From: Ramazzottius varieornatus
Lineage: Eukaryota; Animalia; Tardigrada
NCBI GenBank assembly: GCA_001949185.1
Contig: BDGG01000001.1
Location: 2,993,324-3,057,323 of the forward strand
Direction of reading: 5' to 3'
Length of the DNA stretch: 64,000 nucleotides
The notes beneath the pieces are model-generated. The model saw nothing but the letters and a program-made list of their open reading frames with translations, searched no databases and was not told where the DNA came from. The position numbers were made by a program, and so were the translations under genes. Positions within the stretch are counted from its first letter, which is position 1. The number at the start of each line of letters is the position of its first letter. Of this stretch, positions 48,001 to 59,781 are shown piece after piece.

Positions 48001-51000
48001 AATTCTGGGAAACAGCTGTTTACCTTCGACATGCGGTCCTTGATGTTGAGTTCCCATTTGGCGTCGATGGGAGTGGTAAAAGACAGGCGGCTGCGAGTAC
48101 CGGCTCCGACGCGGATGAAACCGAGGAAGACACTGAGTTTGCGGTGGATTTCTCCCGCAATGGTGGTGGTGACATCGTGGTCAACGGTGATCTGTGTAAC
48201 AAAAATACGGGATTTTGATATGGTGCACCAACAATGTACCGCCGGAAGCCGAAAGTAGGACTGTTGAATTTACCTGGGATTGTCCGATGTGTTTGAAGAA
48301 GTTGAGACCAGATTCGGGCTTGGGTGTCATAGTAGCCTTGATGGATCCCTTCATGGAGGCAACAACGGGGATGGACAGCGAGTTGCGGATGGGGATACCC
48401 ATGATGGTTGGCATCTCGGTCTTGACATCAGCGAGAAGAGTGGCGCGTCGGTTGTCGACGGGGAGTCCTTCACCAGTCAACTTGGGCATGACGGAGTCTC
48501 GTTGCGTGATCAAGTCAATGATGAAGCGACCAACTGTGGTGGGGTTGATGACGACGAAGCGGGTTTCCTGTCCGAAGATCTTGAGGTAGGCAGAGCCGCG
48601 AATGTCCTTGGCTTCGGTGGGCTTGATGTTCAACACTCGGTTGATCTCTTCGATGTTCTGGACGGGCAGAGGCTCGTTGACGTCACGGGGATGACGGATG
48701 GGCGAGGGGACACGACCGGACAGAACTTCTTCCATATGCTCAGTGGTCAAGTTGGTGAACTTGCGGAAAGCATCACCCAAACCTTCGGTTTCGAAGCCAA
48801 ACTGCAAAAGGGACATATTCATTAGTCAGCGGCATATCAGTTAGGAACTTTCCAGTATGGCCTACCTCGATGAGGTCGAAGGATTTATCCATCATGGTGG
48901 TGTGAAGACGGAAGTTACCGGATCGAGGGACGAATGGGGCATCAGTATCGGCAAGCTTGTTGACTTCCCAGTAGAGACCTCCCTTCATGGCCTTGGAGTA
49001 GTGTCCGAAAGCCATCGACTTGGAGTGACGACCATCAGTGTTGACGGGGGTGGCGAACTCAAGAGCCAACTGGACATCCTTGGTCCTGTAAGATAATGTT
49101 AAGTATACTGCAAGATGTCTAACTTGTTAAAAATAATATGTTTGCCTTGAAGTAAAAAAATGGCGGAACATGCATGTATACATACAGGTTCTTCAAGCAT
49201 GGATCAGTGCTGTTTCCGATAGCCGACAGGGAAGAGTAGACGTAGCTAGCAACGTCAAGGTCGACTTCGCGGTTCAAGCTCTGGGCAATGTCTTGGAGAA
49301 TGGGGAAGTCGGGCTGAGTCGACAGGATGGTCAAGAAAGCAGCGATACGGAGGGCGGTAGGGTTCGAGGTCTTGCGGTACAGCGGCAACAACGTCTCGGT
49401 TATTTCAACGTCTCGGGCAACCATTTCGGTCGATCGCATGGCCCAGATGGCTTGGGTGCGGATGTACAGCGGCACGGAGTCATCTTCCGCAACGTCAGCC
49501 AGCTCGTCAACGGTTTCAGGGAGACCCATGTTGCCGATGGTCTTGATAACCAAGATCTTGGTCTCGTCGTCGGAGGCAGACTTCAATTTGTTCAAAGCTT
49601 CCTAAGAAAGCAAAAATAAATTTAAAAGAGTATAAGCTTCAACCAGCCAATCAAGCCAAAACTACAAAATGTTCGATAAGATAAGTAGAGCAGATTTTAG
49701 GCTATCGGTACCTCGACTATGGATCGACGGAGTTCAACGGGGCATCGGAGGTTCTCGGTTTCATCTTGGTTGTTGCTGGAGGTCTTCTTCGTTGGCTTGG
49801 GAGCATCGGGCTTGGACAGAGGCCACTGGACGCGGGCATCGAAGGCCTTGTGGACGCAAGCGCGGTTGACCAGGGTACCGAAAGCCAACCAGCAGGATCG
49901 CTTGGTGAAGACCGACTTGTCAACGGTGTCGCTCTTGCAGAGTTCTTGGAAGTTCTCGATGGTCTCGGGGGTGATTTTCGAAGTATCCATCTTCAAGGGC
50001 AACATGGACAGGACATCGACGGCGACAGCTCCTTCCAGCTTCTTCTCGGTCAAGAGGGTCTTGAGGTAGGTGAAGGTGCATCGCGAACCGGTGGCGACCA
50101 GCAAGTCGGCGAACAAATGTCTGGAAAGCAACGCGAATAAGTTTTGTGTTTTCCGATGTCTATTTTCGGGGGAAAAATCGCACAAAAACGGAGGTTCTGG
50201 AAGGAATCTTGCTCTGCTATGAAGTTCATTATATTCATCATTATAATCATAAATTATTCTCGAAGTGTTTCGAAAAGTTCTATTAAGATAACTTTTCGAG
50301 TAAGAAGAGAGTTCGGTGGAGCAAAATAGCTCAAAGGAAATTACTTACTCGACTTCCTCCTTCTGGACTCCGGAAGCAGACACAGTCTTGACCTGTTCGT
50401 GGATTTCCCTAAGCTCATCCTCTTCGGCGTGCTCCAAGAATCCGACGATGCGCTGAATCAGAACGGCGGTTTCAGTGTCGATTTCCTTCTTGTCCATACC
50501 GGTGACCAGCTTCTCGAAGAGAGCCTTGATCTTGCGGGGCTTCTCTTCGACGTTGGGCCAGTAATCCTTCTTCTGGACGATGGGCTTGTCAGCTTCGGGA
50601 GTGGTCATGAGGACGGTGTCACCTTCGGACTTGAGGAAGATAGGGTCGATCATGTGGAGACCATCGATCTTGTTGGCCTTGCCTTCAGGGAAGGTGATGG
50701 GAGTCTTGGCGGGACCAGACTGAATCAGAACGAAGGTCATGTTGGCATAAGCGATCAAGGAACCGGCATAGTGCGATCGAGGAGTGAAGGAGTAGACGGC
50801 CTGAAATATAGAGTATGATGGAATAAGTCAGGCGAAATCAAATCGTGGCCGCTGTTCTTGCTTCATCAGACATTCAAAGAAGACAGGTTCACAGGACGTA
50901 CCTCAGTGATGGCAGAGTCGATGATGAAGTCTTGCTTGGTACCGGTGATGTTGTAACGAGCATGACCAGTCGATTCCAACAGGTCGAACTGAGAAAAGAG

Positions 51001-52291
51001 TAGAAAACCGATACAAAATAAAAAAAGTAAAAAACAAGAACCGAGGTTACCGAACAAGACTGGAACAAAAATTCCTTGTAGGTACATGTGCTCAATATTG
51101 ACTTACGAAGTCAGTGGGGTTGCTTTCGCAGGTTGGGCATTCGTTGGACAGGTGGAAGCCGTTGTAGACGAAGGGTCGGTATTCGCAGTTCTTGCGATCC
51201 CAGGTCTTAGTGACGTTCAGTACGTTACCGGTCTTAGGCTTGGGGCGGGTGGACATGTCCTTCTCGGTGGTGTAGATGGGGTAAACCGCCGAGTCCTCAT
51301 CGGGAACTTGGAGAACGATGTACGACACTTCGCATCGACCAGCAACGTTGTCCTGCGAGAGAATAAAATCGATTAAAATTTAACTTAAAACTGACGGGGA
51401 AATTATGTGTTATGGTTGGCTGGGTAAATTTATTCAAAGTGTTGATTTCCTGATATTCAGACTTACCTCAACGACGGTGAAGAACTCATCGTCATCGGTG
51501 TCATCGCTGGTGGGCATTTGGCCAGACTTGCTGGATTTCTGGTTGATCTGCAGGTACTCGCGGCGACTTTCGTCCCTGGGTTCCTCACGTTCGGTCAAGC
51601 TGAGGTGGAAAGTGGATAGGATGGATCGCTTGATGTTGATGGACCATGAAGGATCGTCTTCGGTGGTTTCGAAGTTGTCGACCTTGCCGTTCTCGTAGGT
51701 GAAACGCACGGGCTTCTTCAAGACCTCTTCGAAGGGAGCATCTTGTTCGGTCATGGGCTCGAAAGCGGCCAAGTCGATGATGGTGCGGGGGTTAGAGACG
51801 AAGCGTTCATGGAGCGAACCGACGAAAACCTTCTCGATCTACAAACCGGCAGACACAATACCCGTAAGAACCCCCGCAGTCGTCGAGCAGCTCGATGGAT
51901 AAGAAGAACAGGGAAGAGGAACCTTACCTGCATGAGGTCCTTGGTGCCGAGTTGGAGTTTGACGAGAGCGCGGATGCGGATGCCGGAGAATTGGTTGTAG
52001 ACATCGGGGAGACCAGTCAGGATCTGACCATCGTAGAGGTATCGGTATTCACCGCCATCCTTGAAGGTGGGTTCCTGGATCTTGGGCTTGGTGATTTCGG
52101 GGAAGGCGCTAATCCATTCCTGCTCGGCATGAGGGGAAGGAAGAGGCTTGCTTCTCCAGAGATCACGCGCGTATCCTGCAAAAGAAACACTTGGTTAGAT
52201 GGTCCATAGTTGGGAACCCCACAGCATCGCACGAGGAAGAAGACTTACCGCTCGCAACAAGGGTCGCCAATAGGGCAAATAAGACCTTCAT
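45014..52291 (-). CDS. Vitellogenin / large lipid transfer protein, multi-exon
   Basis: Signal peptide MKVLFALLATLVAS; LLT N-domain (GGEYRYLYDGQILTGLP..QFSGIRIRALV; WSINIKRSILSTFH; KTIGNMGLPE; RIAAFLTIL; AYLKIFGQE); C-terminal vWD domain (CTISGHKLNTFD..CYHLMAKD; GLCGTLNG); strong C/G-ending codon bias. Confidence 0.93.
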
Positions 52292-52363
52292 GGTGATGCC
52301 GGTTTGTGAGACTGGCAGACTATGAAAACTCCAATGAAGTATGATCGCCTTCTTTGCAATTGC

Positions 52364-52370
52364 TTATATA
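52364..52370 (-). promoter_or_regulatory. TATA box of the vitellogenin gene
   Basis: TATATAA on the minus strand ~75 nt upstream of the ATG. Confidence 0.55.
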
Positions 52371-53651
52371 GGTCGACCTTGACTATTTCTGCCATCTTGA
52401 TATTACGAAAACAATCAGCACGACCCATCAGATGTCTGGACACGTATTGGGCTGGAAAACGCCAAGACGTCGACTATCGAGGATACCTCCCATGTCGCAA
52501 GCTGTGTCCGCTGGTATTTTTTGCAGCCAAAGTACAACAAGGCACTTCTGACTTTGGCGTAGGCCAGATACGTGAGACATCTGATTCTGAAAAGCAGACG
52601 AATCCATGCGTCTTAGGAAGGCCAGAAGATAGAGGACACATACAGTAGCACAAAGTGGCGTTGGAGCGGCGCTAGCCCTATGTTTCGCAGAATTTTGAAA
52701 GATTCGAAACCCTTTGAGCTTCAGCAAGCGTTTTTTTCAAGAAAGCCAGATAAAGAAACCGATACTTATCCTACTGGCCATTATCAAGTTTTCCAAAGTG
52801 CAATCTGCTTCACACGATTTGAGAAGCAGGCGATCAATTTTAAAGCAGAGTGATGGGTGAAGTGGCGGGCCGCGGGTGGCAGCTGAACTCTATGTTACGG
52901 TTGTTCCTCCCAGATCATTTCTATCGCAGTTTCGATTTGAACGATGGGGATTGTTAACTTCGCTACTGCACAAAAAACATGCACAAAAAGCGTGAAAGCA
53001 CCCGCTAATGCAGTATTTTTCCAACTCCCGGGACGAGCAATACGAAATATTAATATATTGTAACAAGGTGTTGTGGTTCAAACCACGCACTGTGCATGAG
53101 GTGCGAACTTAAGATTCAGAGCGTTCATCTCATTCGATCAGCATCATCTTGATATTTCAATGTCCTGCAGGCAAAGGCTTTCAAGTGCCTTCGGACTTGC
53201 GCAGTCACGGTATCGCCATCGGCGAGCCACGGAAAACTGCTGCAGCTAGCCCATTCACGATTTTATCGAAGGTCATCTGATAAACTTCTGTTTTTGTGGT
53301 CCACCGGAAAAGGATGCATTGTGAGAAGTGCATTGACTTTTTTCTTCCCTATCTGATTCACGAGGCTCCCCGGGCAAACTTCTGTTACTGTAGAAGAGCT
53401 GACTCACCAGTCGTTGCCCAAAGTCCAGTGCAGAACTTTCTTCCTGGTGACGAACCCTTCGTGTAGTTAGCCTACTTTCAACCAACGAACCTCTGTTTCA
53501 TAGGACAGGTTTAGTCCGGCGAAAACTAAGAGCAACAGAGAAACATCATCGTCGCGCAAGTCAGTAGAAAGATTTGGATGACAGGAAAAATGCGACATGC
53601 ATGAAACACTGAGGTAGTTGAGGGTAGAAAAATCCGAGAAGAGCCTTCTGT

Positions 53652-56600
53652 TTATCCTGCGTAAGCTGTTTGGACAACGGTCTCTTTGATGACAGTCTTC
53701 TCAACGACGGGAGCCACGTAAGCCGGAGCGGCGTACTGTTGAGGAGCAGCGTAGGCTTGAGGAGCAGCGTAAGCTTGGGGAGCGGTGTAAGCCTGAGGAG
53801 CGGCGTAAGCCTGAGGAGCGGTGTAGGCTTGTTTCTGGTTGTAGGTGTTGTTGCCGTACTGCTGTTGTTGGTACTGGGGTTGCTGGTAGCTCATGTTCTG
53901 ATAGTTTCCACCCATGGCTTGGTTGGAATAACCGGACGCGCCGTAGTCCTTACACGTGCGGTAGTCGCCGGCGGTAGTCGGGATCTACGCGCGAGAAACA
54001 ACGAGACATTAGCAAAGCTATCTGCTTTCGTGAAACCATAACTAGTAGAAGAAGGAAGAAAACGAAAGAGTACTTACGCCATTCCACAGGACGTAGAGAT
54101 CATCCTCGGTGATATCGTCGTAGGTATTACACGAGACGTACTTGTTACTGCAGGCAAAATATATGGTAAATCTCTTGGTTGGTAACGAACACTGGGTTAC
54201 GGAAAGCATGCTGAGGAAGGAAGCTGGAAGTACCTGTATGCGTTGGGAGTTCGCAAAACGTTCTCGGTTACGTAGTCCAAGTTGGTGGTTATGCACAAGA
54301 GTTTGCCGAGGTTAAACTTACGGATCACGTTCAGTTGCTCTGAAAGAAACGAAGAAAACGTTACCGGTCAGCCGGGTGGTTCAACGACAAGACGTTACGG
54401 GCTTTTTTGAGATTAGACTGAAATCATACCGTAAGACCAGCCAACACGATCGTGGAACCACCGATCTCCTTCACGCAGATTCTGGTACTGTCGCTGAAGA
54501 ATGCAACCAGAAGTGGGACCGACGGTAGCACCTGGCATGGGACGTTCGCAAATCATGCCGATATATCCTTCCACATTCTTGACATGTCTACAAAGATAAA
54601 GAACATACGAGCAACGAAGAAAAACCAGCGAGAAGAAATAAAGCAAAATTCGTTTGAGAATTTGCACTAAACTACTGTATACTCTAGAAAACCACTTTGA
54701 AGAAAAACCGGAGGTCGCTTACCCGTAAACCTGAGGCAAGTTCTTCATGCAGTGCTCGTTCCAGATGCTTTCACCCTGAGCCCAATCGTACAACGGACTT
54801 TCGCCACACCACTCTCGGAGTTCAGTGTACCAAGGCATACCAGCCACGCGGTTGCGGTAGAAGTTTCGGGACATCATGTCGATGGCTCCCTTGGGTGCAC
54901 CATTCCACTTGCCGCGCATCTCCGGAACAAAAGAAGAGTCGTAGCACTGCTCGGGATCGTACAGGGCGTTGGCCAGCAGCTCGTTACCCTTGTTCTTACT
55001 GTACACCAGCTGGTAGGATCGGCCGAGGTATTCGTAGATGTTATACCAGCTTTCGGGTTCTTGCAGATGGGCCTTGCTTGGGTCCTTGATTTGGGTCCAG
55101 TGAGAGATCAAGGTGTGTTGACGACCGGCAGCATACAGATACTCGGGCCACACACTGGCGTGCACGTAGGGGTTCCATGGCACAACCCAGTTCAAGCTGA
55201 CACCCCATTTAGGATCGTTGGCGATGTACGGTCCTAGGACGATGGACAGGTGATCGCGGTAGAAGATAGTTTGGATGATGCCTTGGATGATACGACGGGT
55301 TTCCTGCAGGAAACAGATGTGTTCTTATGGCATGATGGGCGGGAGGCCGGCGAATAAAACGCACAAGATCATCATCTTGAGTGGCGCACTATTCCGGTCA
55401 GTAACAATAAACGAGTGCGCCACTTGATAGAACAAACTTGCGCGTTTCGTTTGCCGACCTCCCGGATGTGCCTATATTCATACAATCAGAGAAACGTGAA
55501 ACTCAGAAGAACGATCTGAACGGAAGTGAGTTTACCTGGTAGCAGATTTCATCCAGAACATCGTCAGACAGGTAGTACTTTTCGAGATACTTCGAGCAAG
55601 ATGAAGCCAGACGGTTGTGGGCGCGCATCATGATCTGGAAACAAAGCGTACCATGAGTGACAGGGCTAGCGATTTCTAGGTTAGACTGGACAGTTGGTCA
55701 AGAAAGAATGGTTTGAAGAAGAAATTACCACATGCATCATCGTGAGACCAGCATGTTGCATGACACGATCGTCACCGGCCTTCAGGCACTTGAGGTCCTT
55801 GGTGGTGTAGCTGGTGTCGCAGTTTTCGGGGTTGGGGTTGATGTCGTCGGGCAGGGTGATGTGACGGGAGTAAAGACCGTAGTAGCCCTTGTTGACTCGC
55901 AGCTTACCCTTGCGGAAAGCGCGGAGGTGGGTCGCTCGGGCGCAGGTCGCTCCGTACACTCCGGAGCCATCGAGGTAGGCGGTCTGCACGTTGATTGGGT
56001 CCTTGGCGACTGCAAAGGGAAATATGGCCATCAGATTATTAGATCGTTAGATATCGCGAAGGTGTTTAACCACCTGGATAAATGTTAGGAAATAATTATC
56101 TCAAATTAGGACTAAGATGAAAGCTCGACAAGGTCACTTAGATTATTAAGGAAGAAAACAAAATAGGGTGCGACTATTGTCACCGCTTCGAACCGCCTAT
56201 AAATCTATCGACACCACTTTTGAATATTATCAATTTAATTAATTCGAAACCGCCTTCTTGCAAAATTTATGTACTAAACACACCGCCTTAGGAAATATCT
56301 TGAAAACTTTGCCCAAGTCCATCTCATCGGCAGCTGCCAGGAACGAACCAGTGTGGACCACTGGTCTGCTCCTACATGGCGGAGCTTCTGAGAGGCGAGT
56401 CGCCCGCGAACACAATGTTCTGCGACGATCAGTCGCAACGCCAGGGGCTGCACACCTTGCTGGAGAGCGGAAAGTTCGTCCCGTGCCCTCGTAGAGGAGG
56501 AAGAAAGAGCTCTCATGGTCTTAATAACAGAAAGCCGACATAGTCATGCTGTAGACCAGTCCGTAGCAATACGCAACCGTCTTGGCAGCATGCCTAACCG

Positions 56601-58510
56601 GCCAATTCATGGCTGGAAAGGCTGATCTAATGTTTCTCTGTTGCTAAGTTTTTCGTGTTCTTCCCCTTGTCAAATTTCAAGAACGTTTACAAAAGGCGGT
56701 GTGGAATTAGTTAGTTAAATTTCGAAAAAAGCGGTGTCATTAGCGTTTTAGGCGGTTCGAGGCGGTGTCAATAGCGATTGGGCGGTTTAGGCGGTGGCTA
56801 TAGCCATTTCCAACAAGATATTCGTTAATAACACTAAAAGCGCGCGCCACTTGGAAAGATATCTTGTCGAGTTTGATTGCCGAGCTCTCATATTATAAGC
56901 TGAAAACTGAAAAAGGCATGTTTGCTCAAAATAAGAATAACGAAATATTCGTTGTAAATCTCTTAAAATCCTCGTTTGTCTCAACTGCACAAGTTCTGCT
57001 TACTGGGCTGGCAATAGTCGAGCGCTGGGGCGTTGTCGGCCACATTGTCACAACCGCCGTAACCACCGGTGTTGTAGTTCTGGTTCTCCGCGTTATAGGA
57101 CTGGCAGGAATGATGCATGCAACTAGGATCCACACCACAACAGCTGGGGGTCACCTCGTGTCCTTGGTAGTTCTGGACCTTGTAGGCCTTACCTAAAAGA
57201 GAGGAAAACTCGGTTAGAATAAAATCGCAGAAAGGAGGGAAAGATAAAGGAATAGGTCAGAATAAAATCGCAGAAACGAGGGAAAAATAAAATATGGTGG
57301 ACAGAAAACGATCTGAAAAGACATACTCCTGATGATGTCATGGGTGACGAACTGTTGCCAGTATGCGCCCATCATGGTGGTATCAAACTGATAGCAGTCA
57401 GCTTTGCCGTCCATAATGTCGGTCACTTGGTTGATGGGCATCAAGGGTGATCGGGTACCGTCGTAGTTGGGCCAAACGTGGTAGATGGTGGCCTGCCAGA
57501 TGCCTGAGAAAGAAAAGCCGATAGGTGTAAAGTCGGAAGACGCTGCTTTGAGGAATAAGGTAAGATTTGAGCTCTGAAGAATGGACTAACCGTTTTCGTA
57601 GTTCCACTTGTTAGTGATACGTTCGCAGATGTCGTAGTAAGCACCCCACATGGGAAAGTTGGGGTTGTTGCAGATCTGATCGGGACGGCTGTACCTGTCG
57701 TATTGACCGCAGGTTCCTTGCCATGGGTTGTAGTTCTCCGCCAGACAGTCTTGCAGGAAGTAGAACTGCTTGGGGTCCACCTGCCGACCAGCAGAGTGGA
57801 GATCCATCTTGTTTCCCCTACCAGGACCAGAGATGATTTTGATAACTGGTGCATATGCCAAGTGACCTATCGACAAAAAACTGCTAATGGGGGAAGAGGA
57901 CGCCACTCACGGATAGTTGTCCCACAACCATTGCGCCATCTGGATCATGGTGTCAGCACGGTACTGGTTCCTCATCTCGTAATTGTTCTGGGAGTTAGCG
58001 GAATAACCTGCAAGTAAACATCGTTCGAGTCAGAGACGGCTAAGAGATGACTTGCCAAAGAAATGAAATCACCACGTATAACAGAACCACTTTCCTACCG
58101 CACTGTCCTTGGTTGCCGTTGTATCCGTTCTCCTTGCCATCGACGATGTTCTTGGCAGCATTCCAGGCTACCTCGAGGTTGGCGTTGATCCAGGCGAGGG
58201 TTTCCGGGTTGTAATTCTTGCGCCCTCGCTGCTCCTTGTCCCACTCGGCTGCCCAAGGGTCTCCCTGGTACTGCCCTAGCATACTGTAGTTACCGTAGGG
58301 TCCCGAAGGTCCAAGAGCCGGAGGATACTGAGGTCCTGCTGCGGAGTAGTTTCCATACTGTGTCAGTCCGCTGGAGTAGTTGGCGTAGGGCTGCGCGGCT
58401 TGGTAGGGTTGGGACTGGTAAGGCTGGGCTTGCTGGTACTGAGGCTGGCTGTACTGACCACTACAATAAAAAAAACACAGGGTAGCACTTGCTACCCTCA
58501 AGAACCACAT
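53652..58510 (-). CDS. Secreted animal heme peroxidase-like protein (peroxidase-cyclooxygenase superfamily) with Tyr/Gln/Pro-rich N- and C-terminal extensions, multi-exon
   Basis: Signal peptide MWFLRVASATLCFFYCSG; RYSRPDQICNN; YWQQFVTHD; PINVQTAYLDGSGVYG; CLKAGDDRV; ETRRIIQG; AAGRQHTLI; DMMSRNFYRNR; VGPTSGCIL..QNLREGDRWF. Confidence 0.88.
53717..53828 (-). repeat. Coding 18-bp tandem repeat encoding (QAY[A/T]AP) about 6 times
   Basis: ggagcggcgtaagcctga-type units; protein QAYTAPQAYAAPQAYTAPQAYAAPQAYAAPQQYAAPAY. Confidence 0.9.
55341..55463. repeat. Family A palindromic element copy 6 (peroxidase intron)
   Basis: gggaggccggcgaa...agtggcgcact-loop-agtgcgccact...ttgccgacctccc. Confidence 0.8.
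56170..56780. mobile_element. ~600-bp fold-back element with ~100-bp imperfect terminal inverted repeats built from CACCGC/GCGGTG subrepeats (peroxidase intron)
   Basis: ctattgtcaccgcttcgaaccgccta...caccgcctt versus aaggcggtg...taggcggttcgaggcggtgtcaatag; no coding capacity. Confidence 0.65.
56825..56889. repeat. Family A element, right half only (copy 7, peroxidase intron)
   Basis: gcgccacttggaaagatatcttgtcgagtttgattgccgagctc. Confidence 0.7.
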
Positions 58511-59781
58511 GCTTCAAGCTAGGAAGATAGAAAACTTCGAGCAAAACAGAAACACGACTTGTTTTGTCCGAAGTGGTCCGCAGTAGCCCAGAAACTCCAC
58601 AAACTAAATAGCCTTGCTGTCAAGTCCCGCTACTAGTTCGTTCGTTACTAGTTACTTCGCTTACGAAGGAAGGCATGGACAATTGAGCCACTCTCGGCGA
58701 CCTCTTTTTTTCGGCGGTGTTATTGCCCCCTACCCCAGCTATGAAAAAACAGGGTTGCTTAACTCGCGTTACATAGTCGAATAACCCTTTCCCTGGCTAG
58801 AAACCGCAGAGGGTTGTTTGTCTCGAGCTGGACGGGTTCTTCGCGAACTCGTCGTGTGGGTGTCCAGATAAGTATCTGGAGCAAGGAACTAAGCCTCATT
58901 TTCTCAACAATTGTACTCCATTTTTTGTGGGGAAATTTTTGGTGTAGAACTTACACAGTTACCCAAATCGCGAATCAGCTTTCGCAGCTGACCGAAATGT
59001 ATCTGACTGCAGAGCTCGTACAGGTTTCGTGTGGGTAAAGTGTAAAGGTCTCTCAACGCGGCTGGGTGCATGCTACTCGAGCCCCTGATATATCGGTGAA
59101 TAATCAATGTAGTCCTGCAATCACGGGACGGTATGGTGTCCGGCCAAGAGCCAGCCAATTTCGGAGTACTTTTCGATGCGTATCGTGGGAGGAACTCCAC
59201 GAAATGGGAGCTGGACAAACCAAACGTGCAGAACCGTTATCTTGAGCGGCGCACCCTTCCCGGCAATAACATTGAAAACGTGTGTCACTTGATACAGCCA
59301 TTTAGAACGCTTGTTCTTGTTATTCTTTCTTGATCTTGTTTGCTCAGCTCCCGAATATTATTGCCAGCGTCAGTCAGATTCAGACTGACGCTAGCTGTCG
59401 GAGTCATACGAGGCCCGTAGTGTTACCAGTATTAATTGAGTAACCCTAAAACAAGCTTGGATGTAATTACAAACGTTCGTCAATTCTCACTTCACTTTTC
59501 GTGTCAAGTTGGACCAGAAACGGTTTCGATCCACAATTTTCTCTGGATATTACGATTAGACACAATAAGATTTTGAAAAATTTGTCAAAAGGAGATTACT
59601 GTCAGAGAAAACAAAGTTAGATTTTATGCAAAAGCTGCACACAAGATACTCGGAAATAAAATACTTTGCATTACGTACGGCACGTGGAGTAACACCATGC
59701 AGATCGTTTGGCAGCAGGAAGAAGAAAAAAGAATAACATGGGCGGCTCGGCAACTGACGAAGGACTTGACCGGACGGTTTG

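Noticed and set aside
46078-52209. Many long + strand ORFs over vitellogenin (similar ones occur over the peroxidase)
   Set aside because: Antisense frames kept open by strong codon bias
57215-57292. ~43-bp tandem duplication (agaataaaatcgcagaaa) in a peroxidase intron
   Set aside because: Local duplication with no evidence of function
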